DNA from: Chrysomallon squamiferum
Lineage: Eukaryota; Animalia; Mollusca
Length of the DNA: 64,000 nt
Assembly (NCBI GenBank): GCA_012295275.1
Contig: CM022671.1
Coordinates: 26,722,001-26,786,000 of the forward strand
Reading direction: 5' to 3'
Below, piece by piece: positions 14,501-27,960 of the stretch. How positions within the stretch are numbered: the stretch's first letter is position 1; every line of letters begins with the position of its first letter. The translations under genes and the position numbers were made by a program. Under the pieces are notes generated by a model, which worked only from the letters and a program-made list of their open reading frames with translations, made no database searches and had not been told where the DNA came from.

Positions 14501-15094
14501 CTCACAGATAGTATCAATGTTTGGTTAAGAAGTATCAATATGATCTTTTTATCTTTGTTGACTGAAATTAGTTGTTTGATGATCAGCTCAAGATCAGACG
14601 TTACAGTTTTGGCCTTAGGTATAAATGATCAATAGAATCAATTTTTATTATTTCCATAGTGTTACTTTTCATTCTAACCATTCAAGTCTTATTCAGCTTC
14701 TTTATTATTTTCAAAGGCCTTGGAATGTGCAGCCTAGTCAGTGAGAAGATGAATACTAAAGTACACTGATCCATAACTGTATCACCAAAATGGAACATTG
14801 GCAACAGATTTTTTTTTTATTCATATTATACAAAGATCCATATGGACTCTATAAATATTGAAGCACCATGTGTTCAGATGTCACTCATTCTTTTTGTCCT
14901 TTCTTAATACCTTGCATTCTTCTTTCCTTCATTTTAATTCTAGTTACAAATGAGCATTACACTGCAAGTCAATGTGTACAAGCAGCAGTAAAATATATTT
15001 CATGTTATAAGCCTACAAGAAATACCACACAGCATTGTCAAACATAGCATGTATTTTATACATCAGTATATACCAGTAACATTGCTGTTATTAA

Positions 15095-15398
15095 GTGTGT
15101 CTGTGTGTGTGTGTGTGTATATGTTTGTCTCTGTGTGTGTCTGTGTGTGTCTGTTTGTTTGTTTGTCTGTCTGTCCTGTCTGTGTGTGTGTGTGTGTGTG
15201 TCTGTATGTATGTGTGTCTGTGTGTGTGTCTGTCTCTGTGTGTGTGTGTGTGTGTGTGTGTTTGTTTGTCTGTGTGTGTGTATGTTTGTATGTGTGTCTG
15301 TGTGTGTGTGTGTTTGTCTGTGTGTGTGTTTGTGTGTATGTTTGTCTGTGTGTGTGTCTGTGTGTGTGTGTGTGTGTCTGTTTGTCTGTGTGTGTGTG
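15095..15398. repeat. Interrupted (TG)n/(TCTG)n array, about 300 bp
   Basis: Directly visible; it explains the CV/HT-rich ORFs at 15049-15483. Confidence 0.97.
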
Positions 15399-17029
15399 TA
15401 AATATTTGACAGTTGTGTGTGGTGTTGTTCACAGACTGAATGTTCCACTTGAACTGTCTGTCTCCCCAGTGTTTGAGGTTTAGAGATCAGCTTGTCTGCA
15501 GGTAAGACAAGCTGGCAGTTTAGCCACTAATAAGGAAGTTTAAGCTGAGAGCAAACCTCGAACGTTGGGTGACAATATTGACTGATGAAAAATTTCAAGA
15601 ATTTTCTTTTTTTGTCTCTTTCTCTTTAACTCCTCAATTTAAAAAAATAAATAAATTCTATTTTAAAAAAATGTTGGTGTCTTTTAGTAAACATTCCAAG
15701 AAAATTATCAATACCTGCACTGCACTGACATTCAGAAATGTCAGTTTTTAAAATTAGTTATTGTATGACAGTTTTCTTGTTAAGACTAAATAACAGCTAG
15801 TCCCTGTAAATAATGAAACTGATATTTTGATTCATTTTAAAATGTTTTTCTTGTCAACCTGTTCTAATTTATTCAGAAACAGAAATTTCAAGTTTCCATA
15901 CTTCATTGTTATTGAAATTCATACTGAAGGCTATATGAGAATAATATTTATGAATTTTTTCTTTGTATCAGAAGACGTTTTTAAACTTGATGCACATTTT
16001 AGATTAAATCAATAAATATTAGATACTGAGTTAATGGAATTTTACAGAAATGAATATATATTTTTAAATTTTTTTATTATTTTTATAGTTTGTTTGCATT
16101 CTTTATCTGTAAAAAAAAAAATTTAAAAATAATAATGTAACTTGTTATTGATTATTATATTTACTTTTGAGTTTATACAGAATAAATAGGTTTTACAAGT
16201 TTAAATTTTATGATGATGAAAATTTAGCTCCTTTTTTACAGTTTTTAATACAACTTTATAATTTATTATTTATTTGAAATTTAAAAAAATAAGAAAATGA
16301 AAATAACACAACAAAAAAACAGATTAAAAAATCCCTGTAATCAATTTTTCCTGATATCATGCCTATGGATTTCATATTTTAACACAGCTATCAAAACAAC
16401 TTGCATAATAAAATAATAAAAAAATAACCACTAATCCATTCATGCATGTTAGATCAAATATTTGGAGTTCAAATTGCTTGTACTAATACACCATGGTAAA
16501 AATGCAGATAAACTATCTGCTTTATGGGAGCTTCCAGTTAGTGTGAGGCTTGTACTGACCCCATTTGACCTGTCTGCATGTGAATTACTGACCATTCATT
16601 AGAACCCAGCCTGGGGACCATTCTCCTGTAGCCAAGCTGATCAAAAGTTGCTGGAGTCTTGACAAAAGGCAAGAGAATCCCCAGGCTATGGCGACTGTTC
16701 TGTTGCAGGGTTTGCCCCTGTAGATAAAAGGAGTTGTTAATCTTGAGGCAGTGTCTTTGTGTGGGTCTATCATCCAGTTTTAGCACTGACTGGCACTAAC
16801 AAGTGGCTGCTATTAAAGACCTGTGTTCTTGCAGAGATTAGGTTTTGGGTGGGTTTTTTTTTTTTTTTTAGAGGTGATGTTCTCTTAATTAAATAGTTCT
16901 GTACACCATCGCCCAACCAGTGAGGGAGAATGTGTCAGTATCAGCCAACATGTTTTAAGATTTCATCATTAACTTATCAGTGAATGCACAAATCACCAGT
17001 CTTAATGTCCATTCAACAGTATTACATAG

Positions 17030-17145
17030 ACATGATATATATTAAATATGTCATTCACAGATATTCTGTGATGATATATATTAAATACATTATTCATAAA
17101 GGTTGTGTAGTGATATGTATTAAATATATCATACATGGGATTCAC
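17030..17145. repeat. 39-bp diverged tandem repeat, 3 copies
   Basis: tgatat.tattaaata at 17033, 17072 and 17111. Confidence 0.8.
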
Positions 17146-17914
17146 AGTAATTCTTTGTATTGCATCAGCTGATTGAGATATTTGGCCATGACAAAAGCCA
17201 TTCATTTTTAAAGTAAAATAAATTTGATAATCTCTTCACTACAATTATATTTGCCTAGTTGATGTCATTTCTCCAAACCATGAAACATTAACTTTATAAC
17301 TGCGGGTGCAGTCAAGATATTCTGAAATTTTTCCACTTTAAAATGGAAATTAAGATACTCTATTAAAATTGCAAATGTGTGCTCATCAAACCTTTCAGAA
17401 GAAATTAAAAAACAAAACCAACGAACTATTCAGCAAAGAATGATTATTTTGGAATGATACCAGTTACAATTGTTTAATCACTGGTCTGTTTTTCTTTTTC
17501 ACATTCACTGAAATTAGTTGTTTCAGTATTGCAAATTGTAATATCTGATGTTACTGTTTGAATATATAAAAAAATAGTAACATAAAATTTAAAAAAAAAA
17601 AATTCTGTATCCCACAGAACTAATAATTCTATTCATTTTTCAATCAGCCAGTTATCTGACTTGTGCTTTCATCCACTGAAGATTCAAACACATTAGTTTC
17701 ATGCGTGTTGAATCAGATATTGGAGTTCTGATTACCAAGTCTTAATAAATGATAAAAATAGAGATAAACTTCACGGCATCATTGGACTTTGAATTTATCA
17801 ACATAACCTTTTCTTCCAGCACATATAATAAGATGAATTATATCATTGTTTTCTAGAACAAACAATAATAATCAGTTGAAAAAAAAAAAAAAAAAAAATC
17901 ATTATTAGTTTTAT

Positions 17915-18305
17915 TATATACAAAAGCCACATACAGGATATATTGTTGAATATCTTAAGACTCTGAGTTTCTAGAAAAACACAACACATTCAACCCATTC
18001 TGAACACTATCATTATTTTTATTTTTTAACACACAAAGGCTACATCATGGATTTATCACTAAATATCTTAATTCGATGTTTTTCTACAACAAACTACAAA
18101 AATGATCTATACTAAATACTGATTTTATATTTTTTTTTTTTCAATAAATTACTAAAGCCACATCCAGAATACATCACTAAATATCTTAATTATTCAGTGG
18201 CCTTTATAGAATAGACCCACACACATATAACTTGTACTAAAAATAGTCACGTTATTGTTACTATTATTATTATTATTATTATTATTAAGACACAAAAGCC
18301 AAATT
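17915..18305. repeat. Old tandem repeat, unit about 115-140 bp, 3-4 copies
   Basis: aaag(c/g)c.acat...aatatcttaa recurs near 17923, 18035 and 18154, with a partial copy near 18295. Confidence 0.7.
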
Positions 18306-19699
18306 AGTGAAAGCAGAAAAAAGTAAAAAGCGCAATGACTTTAGTCATGTTCTTTGTGAAACTTTAAGATGCTGTTATTAAAGCAACGTGGGGAAACATA
18401 AATCCAGCTTTATAAGTATGGATTTTGCTTCTGGTTTCAGCTCTCTTCTGTCACACTGCCATAATTACACACTGGTGTTTGCTGTTTTATGACAGTTATC
18501 TCCTACAAAGGATGCATCACTGCTTGTCAGCAGATAGGATTGCACTTCTAATTGGCCTGCATGTATTAATTTTCACATCATTTCCAATGAGCATGGTGTT
18601 TAAATTGGACTACTGTTGTCACTTTGAAATATTTATGGGGCTGGGATCGTACTCAACCATCCATTCATCAGCATCAAACATTCATGACAGTTTATGTTCT
18701 TGTAGGTTTTTCTTACTATTTTGAGATGTCATTTAGAAAAGAAAAAAAAACAAGAATTCTTAATTCATTGATTTGTTCATTTGCCCTTCTTAATTATTCA
18801 TTTATTCTTATATAATATTCAGTGATGATATCTAGAACATTAATTCATTTTTTCCTTTGTCATGTTTATGTCTCCTATTTTTCATTTTTCTGCCATTTTT
18901 AGGAAAAAAATAATAAAAATGTGGTTTATTTAATAATACCTTTATTAATACCATGCATATTCCCCACTATTATTATTGAATTTACAATAACCAGCAAAAA
19001 ATGTCATATTCATTAGAAAATAAATAATAATAATATTGTTAAAAAAAAAATGCTGGTCTATACAATTATTTCTAAAATCGTTATTCCATAATAATATATT
19101 ACTGAACTTTCTCTTGCACAGTTTGTTACACATTAATACGTTGTATTACTTTTAATTGTATCACTTTGTACAACATTTAAATAAATTTCCTTTTAATGGA
19201 TTCAGAGCAGTTGTTAGTTATGGATTTATCAAAGCATTTTGCACTGGCTCATACGAATTGATTGTTCAGTGGATAACAACACAATTGGCGGTACCAGCAC
19301 TGAACTGTTCCAGGAAAAGAAAGAAAATGCTTTCAACAATAAATACAAAAAAGAGACTCTGCACTCTAATTCTGCTCAATCCATTATAAAGCGGTGAAAG
19401 ATTTCTCAAACTGCAGCTGTGTTTCCTCGACATTTGTTGCATTTTCTTTGTAATTTTCATTTTTCTGTTGGAAGCTTGGTGTTAGTTTCAGTTATGCATA
19501 AAGTTTAAAAAAAAAAAAAAAAAATGTAGTAATTAAAATCCCATCAGATGTGAGATGTTTTGAATACAGTTATTATCAGTTACTATGTATATGGGATCTG
19601 TTTTAGAAATAATTGAGGAAAATAAAATAATAAAATGTCTGAAGAGAGCAAAATAGAGATACTGTTTGAAATGAAGGAAAAGAAAAGAAAAGAAAGTAT

Positions 19700-19860
19700 A
19701 TGTACCAAACTATAAGTATTATTATGCAGATATATATGCAGTACTGGTGTTACACAGATATATAAATAGTGTTAGTATTATATAGATACATACATAGTGT
19801 AAGTATTATATAGATTATATGCACAGTGCAAAAGTATTACACAGATATGTACCAAGTATT
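19700..19860. repeat. Degenerate minisatellite of about 29 bp (agtattatatagata...)
   Basis: Recurring agtatta.a.agat motif. Confidence 0.7.
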
Positions 19861-21825
19861 TTCTTCTCTAATAATATTATTAATATTTTATTTTATTATT
19901 ATTATTATTTTTGAAATATTCTTTTCTTTGCCTAACATAACTATAAATACAACAGCATATGGTACTGGTTTTTTTTATACAGAACTGGATTTTGGACCAT
20001 ATTGCGAAATCTGTTCAGTAAAAAATAATAATAATAAAACAGAAGTTTAAAAAATAATAATAAATTGAATTTGTGAGGATCTGTAATAAAGCCTAGGAGA
20101 ATAATTGAATTAATTTGCTTGGAAATAGGCTGCAGCAATAACTCCATTGATATGACATTAAACCCCGATCTAATTAATGCAGGAAAATCCAATAATGATG
20201 ACTCTATTTGAAGATAGGCAATGAACAGTTTGGTATTGTTAGTCCACTGAAGATTATTCACAGATGAAAAAGATTTTTATGTAACCTATCATTAGCTGTG
20301 TTTGTACACTACATTAGTAAAAACATTGATTTACCTTCTATCTCTGTCAGAAATTACAATGACAAATTATTTCAAGAGTTTTTTTTAATGTTTTTTTTTG
20401 TTTGTTTTTCTTCCATTTGAAGTCAATATAAATGAAGAATGTTTAAGAAAGGATATCAATATTATTCTTAGTATAAATATGCTGCAGTTCAATAATCTTT
20501 TTTTTTTTTGTATGTAATATTATTTTGCAGACAATGTGGTTTAGAAGAAAAGTGCCAGTACATAAATAAAAAATCAATGTTATAATTATACAGTCATATA
20601 TAACCAGTATCTTAATTAATTTAGACCATAAGAGGCATTTGCGTTGGATGAAAAGAAACAGAGAAAAAGTTAGATGAAAAAATTGTGTGTGTGTGTGTGT
20701 GTTTGTGTGTAAGTGCACTCAAGTGCATGACATAATTAGATCCACCACCTCCACACACACAGTTTAAATTGTATTTTCTTGTTCCATAACGTGTACTTTT
20801 ATACAAAACACTGTGTCAGTGTATTTCAAGCTGTCAATGGCTATGTCTGTAATCTCGTACCACTATGAATTATGATTCTGTTGTGCATTCAGCAGGACAG
20901 TTTATATCTTTCTCAGACTGTGCGAGTAGCCTTGGAGGAAAACAGTGTCGTGTTCCTGTATGCTCTTCACCCATTTGTCCACAGAGCCATTTAATCATTA
21001 TTGGACCAATTTTAATCTACATCAGACTATGAAAAATAAATGAATTTCTCGGAGGCTGTGTCAGATATGTTGGATGAGATCTATTCCAAGACTTAATTGA
21101 AATTCTTCTTCTACTACTTCTTCCTTTTTTTTTTTTTTTTTTTTTTACTCAATCCCTCATTACTTCATATATGAATAAAACCAGATTGTTTCTTTCCATG
21201 CAAGGTAGCAATCTATGGCTTTAGCAGTGATATGATCTTTGATAGCTAAATTGGTCATGTATTGAAAGATGTTATTTGCACAATGGACCCAAAGCAAAAA
21301 GGTAATTTCCTTTTTATGAGCATTTTGAGTCCCTGTACATGGCAAATATTTTCCCATGCTTACATGGTGATGGCTGGACAGAAGCATGTAAATATTTGGT
21401 ATGTGTATTGATTGCACTTATTACTAAAGCTCTCTGTGCAGTTTCTGTTTGTTATAGATTGGTGGCGCTCGCACTGTGTCAGTAACATTTGGTCTTACTC
21501 TGATTACCAATGTTTGCTTCTCTGATTGACAATTAATTTCTTTGATCGTAGCAGAGAGGCAGACAGAATATTGAATGCACTGATTACAGTGGCCTTTTTA
21601 AAAAAAAAAATTAAAAAAATTAATAAACAATACATCATGTTGCAGTTCATAAATAAATCATGATGGTTATATAGTAATTTTTCATATTCTTTGTAATGAA
21701 TAGAACATTTCATTTATATATGGTTATTTAGTTTTTTAATTTCTTTTAATCTGTTGTTTGTTTGCCAATATAAAAAAAGAACATTAAAATTTATTATTTA
21801 TAATATTATTACTTAATTTATTATT

Positions 21826-21868
21826 GTGTGTGTGTGTGTGTGTGTGTGTGTTGTGTGTGTGTGTGTGT
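21826..21868. repeat. (TG)n microsatellite
   Basis: Directly visible. Confidence 0.95.
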
Positions 21869-24800
21869 AAAACATGATACAATCACAGTTTAAAGACACA
21901 TTTAGCAAGTTAAATATAAATACTTCTTATTTCCATTGCCATTTCTTTCTCTTTTTTTGATGGATATTTTAAAATTAATTCAGCATTCTTAAATTTTATA
22001 AATAACTGCTAAATATATGAAGTTGGGATTGCAACATTTTATCTGATTTACAGAGACAAAAATATATCAGACAGAAATGCAGCTGAAAATGAAACTCTGC
22101 AATAAACAGTTATATATGTTTGTAATTACAGTAATAGTGTGTTTGTCAGTGCTGGCTTCAACACAGGTGAGAAGATTCCTGTTAATTGAAGGTTTCTGGT
22201 GTTGAAGGTAGCATATTGAAAACACGTGTTTGCTTGTTGAAGCTGATGATTGGCTCATGTCAACATAAATAAACCAATCAGGGAAGCTTGTTACATAACA
22301 TGTCAATAAAACATGTAAACCATTGCTGCTCACCTTCAGCCACATGGATTACTTGCTTTCCTCCTAAACACCAGTTGATTTATTGAACCTGTCAGCCCTT
22401 TCTGCTCTACATTTATTGGCCATATTTAATGCCATCAGTATTTTTTGAGAAGGAAAAACCCACACATACACCAAGTCATAAAAAAAATACCAACCACCAA
22501 ATGTTAAGAGAAAATTTATATTTATTTCTTGCTTAGAAATGTAATTATAGTTAGATGGAATTTTTTTTTATTTTATTTTTATTTTTTTTTTTTTTTTTAT
22601 TATATATATATCTGATATATATAAAACATATATATAGTTCCATAGTGCTTTGAAATAAGTTTGATCAATTTTTGTTGCCAAAAATACTACTAATACTATA
22701 CAATAATTATTTCACACTGTAAAACGATTTACAATACAGTTTTTACCAGTTAAAATTGTAATCTACATAACACATATAATAATTAGTTTTATAATACGAA
22801 GAAAATTTTATCCATTTTGTTATTAGATTTTGATATACACAGGTTTGCAAAAATGGCCTCATAAACTGATTAACATTAAAACTGTCTGATCATTTCAACC
22901 ACATTTCGATTTATGGGTGAAAAGTGAGTATTAAAAATAGATGGATTTCTCCTTTAGTTATGCTGGTTCAGATGTAATTCATACGTTAACTGAATTTATA
23001 TCTTTTCTAAAACTTAATATATTAATGTCAACACTGTTATTTTTGTGTAAAATGTTCATTTGTCTGATCTCAAATATCAAAGGTCTGTTGATTCCTCTTG
23101 ACAATAAGAAATATTTCTTAAAATCTGATTTGTAATCAGAAAGCATACAATTGTTATAAAGTCTCTGAATTTAAATTCCTTTCAGTAATAATTCTTTACT
23201 GTTCTTTTTTCCTTTTTTTTTTCTTATTTCCTCACAAATCAATGCATGTTTCTTCTTTTTCTTTTGTTTGTGTGTTTCTTCTTTCTTCCTTTTCTATTTT
23301 GGTTTGATTGTCTCTGTTTTTCTGTTTGTCTGCTTGTCTTTTAATCTGTTTGTTTTACCTGCTCTTTCTCTTTCCATTCTTGAACTTTAAAAAAGCACTA
23401 AAAATAATAAATACTGAAAGAGATCTGTCATCTGAGTGACAGCTACACACGTATAAATTAATAAACATACTGTTCCATAAATCAGCCTTAAATTATGAGG
23501 ATAATAAAACTTTCAATAAAATGCTTTTCACAGACCATCATCTGAGGACACCTGGGATTCAGAATAGAAAAAACTTTTTTTGTAGACTATCACAAACAAG
23601 ACATCTTGGGATGATAAAAATCAGTTTAAAGAGTAATATTTCCAGGTTTTTAAAAAAGTCAATTCTATTTGAAAAAAAAAATTCTGCTTGTGTTATTATT
23701 TCCTTGACTCAGCTTGATTGTTATCTGTACTTCAATTCAGAATGTGTCCCATGGAGAATAAAACTCTGTTGATGTATGTTTGAAGAGCTTTAAATAAGAA
23801 TTGCAGTTGTGTTTTCTTTTGACAAATTGAAACCACATGTTGAGACAGTCATGTTTTATTTTGCCGTGCATAAAAGTAACCTTTTCCCACAATATGTTAG
23901 CCATATTCTATCGTTTTTAACAGACATAAGATTGTTTTATTTCTTAATGTTTTTTTACCCTCCACTTCTCTTTGAAAATTAAAAAAGGATCACAAGGTTA
24001 TTGTATGAATGTCATCTTGACTTCAAGAGCCTGGATTTCTGATGCTTTATTTTTGAAAGAATTCAAACAGTAAAGTCAATGAAAATAACATCTGTGGTGT
24101 TTTTGAACTGGGAGAACTGTCTTTGAAAATGTGGCTAGAAAAACAAAAAACAATGTCAACTGAAGTATTTTTGATGATGTTAGTTCTGAAAAGCTAGTGG
24201 ATTCATCTTAAATTGATATTTATTTATTAAAACATTTCTGGAGTTAAGTTACTGTTGCAAAATACTGGTTAAGATAGACAAAGAAAGAATGAGAGGAAAG
24301 GAAAGATGAGAAGAGAGTAAGAATGTGAATGAATAAGTGAGAGAGAGAGATAGTGTGAGAGATAGAGGAAAAGTGAGAAGTGGACAGAGAGAGGGAAAGA
24401 AAGAGAAAAAAGTAGTCTTGGTCAAGATGTAGTGCATATTAATTTCACAGAGAAACACTGAAAGTAGATTCTTTTGCTTTCCCCAGTAAATTCTTTTTCC
24501 TGTATATGTATATGTATATGTATATGTATACTTGCTTACTCGCTTACTTGTTTATTTGTTTGAGAACAGCATTCTGCCTGTCTGCAACTTACCAATACAA
24601 CACAAAGGCAATTATTTAAATTATAATTTCACTATTTTAGTAACTTCTGTTTCAACTACATTCAGGCAGGATGATTACTAATGGACCCCCCAGGGAAGAA
24701 AAAAAAAATACCACAAAAAGAAACCTAGTGATTTTCTTTTATTAATTAAGCAGGCATGAATGATAAATGTAACATTGACTAATAGGACATATCTGTAAAT

Positions 24801-26276
24801 GAAAGAAGAAACCGTACTTGCTTACAGAGAATTTTTAAAACCAGAGGCAAAAACCTGAGCAAAACTCTTTGTTACCATTTAGCCAAAAACAGAAGAACTG
24901 ACAAAAAGAAAAAAGATGAAAGCTTTTGTCTCTTGTTTCATTATCCTGCAGAAATTTTTTTGAATTTTTGTTTTCTGACTAATTATTCCGTGGCTTGCAG
25001 GTACTGCAGCATCTGTGGAATACGAGGATACATTTTGTCATGTATGGAGATAGTGAATGCATTTATTAGCAGGAATAATAAGCTGTCAGTGCATGTGTGT
25101 TGGTATAAATGGTACTGTATTCAGAGCAGGAAATTATCAAAGCATATTTACATGAGAAGGGATCCTTATTGCAGATTTATTGCACTATTTTCAGAAACAT
25201 GTGATTTACTTTAGTTGTAGAGTATTAACCCAAGAAATGATGGTTGCAGGATCTTGCCTTCTTGATGCATACAAACATGCTATTTCCAATTTGAATTTGT
25301 TTTACTTGTAAAGAAGAAAACTAAACATTTTCATAAATGATCTTTAAAAAAAAGGCAATTAATTTTTAAAGAGCCAATAAAAATGTTTTAAAGTGTATCT
25401 GCAATTAAACCTTGATTTAAATCTTAACATGCAAAAATATTTCATTGGTTAATAAATCATTTAATTGTGTGTCTAAGGAACACTTAGACAAGGAAAAAGC
25501 ACAAAAACACCAGATAAAATCTAATAACAATTAAATAAAAACCTATCAGTGTGGGATCTAAAGTGCCAATAAAGCTCAGGACATAGATGTATTTGTAGGA
25601 CTCTGTCAGTATGGACATTAAGAAAATATCACAGAGTTTGTTTATGGTTGCTCCATTCCCTTCATTGGCTTGAAGATAATTTGTTTGACATAAATCTTGT
25701 CTTTACATACATGTAGTCATGTCGCTGGTGATTGCCAGCGATTTATTGGCATGCTACCTGGACTCAGAGATTTCTTAATGCAATTTCCCTAGCCATGTGG
25801 TCATATGGGAAAAGGTTAGAGGTCATGAACTGACTGTCCATTGACTTTTGCTCAAGCACAGCTGGCCGTATCCATGTAATTGTGTATGACACCTAAGTGG
25901 ACAGTGGTCAGTTTTTAAATTAGTGCCATTGTGCATTTTGGTTCAGTTACTCATTGTGTTTGTTAAGCCAGTGTAGCTAATTCTAGCTGATGACTCCCTT
26001 GAATAGCCCACGACCCAGTAACACAGACTTATACTTTAACACTAATAGTATAGCTCTGCATTATAAAGTTAGACATGGTAAAATAATTATACCTATTATA
26101 TACTGATAAAGTTGGTTATAAACCATAGACAATAAAGAATATAACATTATTTCATAAAACTGTCTCATACATAAAAAATGTGAAAGGAATATAGCAGACA
26201 TTTATCCCAAATTAACTGATAAATTATTTATTTTTATTTATTCCTTTCTTCCTGTGAAGATGATTCTTTTTCATAA

Positions 26277-26280
<4 letters not shown>

Positions 26281-26356
<76 letters not shown>

Positions 26357-26365
26357 GTGTGTGTA
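26281..26365. repeat. (TG)36 pure microsatellite plus decayed tail
   Basis: Uninterrupted TG from 26281 to 26352. Confidence 0.97.
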
Positions 26366-26950
26366 TGTTCCTCTCTCATAAAAGTATTAATATATCATGG
26401 AATATTGTTTTAAAGTTTAACATATTAACTGAAAATGATTTGAAGAGTAGGGCACTATGAAGTCAGTGTGTCAGTATGAAAATGTCAGGAACATAACCAA
26501 AGCCCCAGACAGTAATGATGATTGGCAAGCTGAAGTCAGGTGCTATGAAATGTTGGTATGTCAATTTGGATTCATTATCTGAACTAGTTAAATTAATGTC
26601 ACACCTGCCAGTTATTTTGTAGAAAGGTCAGCCAATAGTGACAGTGTGATTGGCAAAGGTCCCTGACATGGGGTTATAGGTTTTGTCCATGACAGGCACA
26701 CCTGAACCTTGAGCATCTGATGATTTGGAGGAAGGTATGCAAAAAAAGAAGAGATAATTAGTGAAGAGTAGGAATGAAAAGAAAATTAAAAACAGCAATA
26801 TGCTGAGAATTAGCTCTTAGTGTTAATGCAGTGACAGAGGAGGTTAAACATGGATGGATGGAGAAAAAAGGTGATCTGATGGAATACAAGGATAATTAAG
26901 ACATGGAAGAAAAGACAATAAATGTGTTAAAAAACAAAAATGAAGTTATA

Positions 26951-26951
<1 letters not shown>

Positions 26952-26999
<48 letters not shown>
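26952..26999. repeat. (TG)n microsatellite within a purine-rich tract
   Basis: Directly visible. Confidence 0.95.
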
Positions 27000-27004
<5 letters not shown>

Positions 27005-27774
27005 TTGAGAGATGGAGAGAAAGGAAAAAAGTAAGATAGGCAGAAAGGGAAAAGATTATGGAAAGAGAGAAGGAGGTCAGGAACATCGTAAAATATAAAA
27101 TATTCCAGTACAAACTAATACTACATGCAGGAGATGGCTCAGAGATAAGATTTATTTCAGTTCATCAGGGGCAGTGAGAATCCAAAACCATGCAATCATT
27201 TCATCTGTTCTGTGAAAACATGACAAAACTCTTCAGAATATGAGATACTGATTCTTTTTTTAGCAGTTGTATACTACAGTTAGGTTATGGCTTGACACAG
27301 GTTATCATGGTGAACCTGCTTTAGGATAGAGAGTCCTACTGTGCTAGCATTCGCTGTTAGACTGCACTGGTGGGTTGTGTGTGCACATGTACACTTGTAG
27401 CCCTGACCTTCTGATAACACTGGAGGGGGTGAGAAGGGGTGGCACTAGGTGCGTAGCCAAAACACCTGTTCAGAAAAACTGCATACACAGGGAATAATGA
27501 TAAACGTTTGTTGATTTTTCACTGATTTAATCAGTTTTTGAATTCCAAGAAAAGCCCAGGTGACAAAGGTCTCCAGACTTGTGTGTTTCATGGTATGTTG
27601 AAAGATAAAAACTTTATTAATGTAAACATTCCAGAAATAAAACTGGATAAAAAAAAACGTGCTATATATATATTTGAAAGTTCCTGTTCTGCAGTTCCAT
27701 GTGTTACAATAATAATAATTGGAAATTTCATCTCTGGGTAAACATCACAGACAGATCTGGCTGTTAAAAGAACA

Positions 27775-27960
27775 AAGAATTGTATTATTTAATAATGCAC
27801 TCAACACTTGCATCTAAAAAAGATCATAATATAGATTATAATAAAATGGTTATGTATTAATAGGCTGGAACAGTAAACAGCTCAATGAGTACATTCAGGA
27901 GATATGATCCTGCGACCTAACGAGCCACAGTACTTTACTGTAGCCACTGAACTAGAGCTA
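27775..27960 (-). mobile_element. Decayed, internally deleted SINE of the same family (reverse orientation)
   Basis: tatttaataatgcactcaacac (3' tail) and ggctggaacagtaaacagctcaatgag...gatcctgcgacc...ccactgaacta (tRNA-like head, reversed) match the reverse complement of the recalled consensus. Confidence 0.45.

Noticed and set aside
15049-15483. Long overlapping ORFs rich in CV/HT (also 61833-62463, 52038-52293, 31747-32065)
   Set aside because: They are translations of dinucleotide microsatellites with no domain content.
18539-18561. attgcacttctaattggcctgc resembles mature miR-92 (seed and 3' end)
   Set aside because: The middle differs and neither flank provides a complementary arm for a pre-miRNA hairpin.
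24270-24415. Purine-rich tracts (also 26740-27080, 53590-53725) as H-DNA elements
   Set aside because: They are best explained as decayed (GA)n microsatellites, with no clear mirror symmetry.
26612-26740. Potential cassette exon (ttttgtag|...gaag|gtatgc)
   Set aside because: It has an in-frame stop in phase 0 and no plexin-like sequence.
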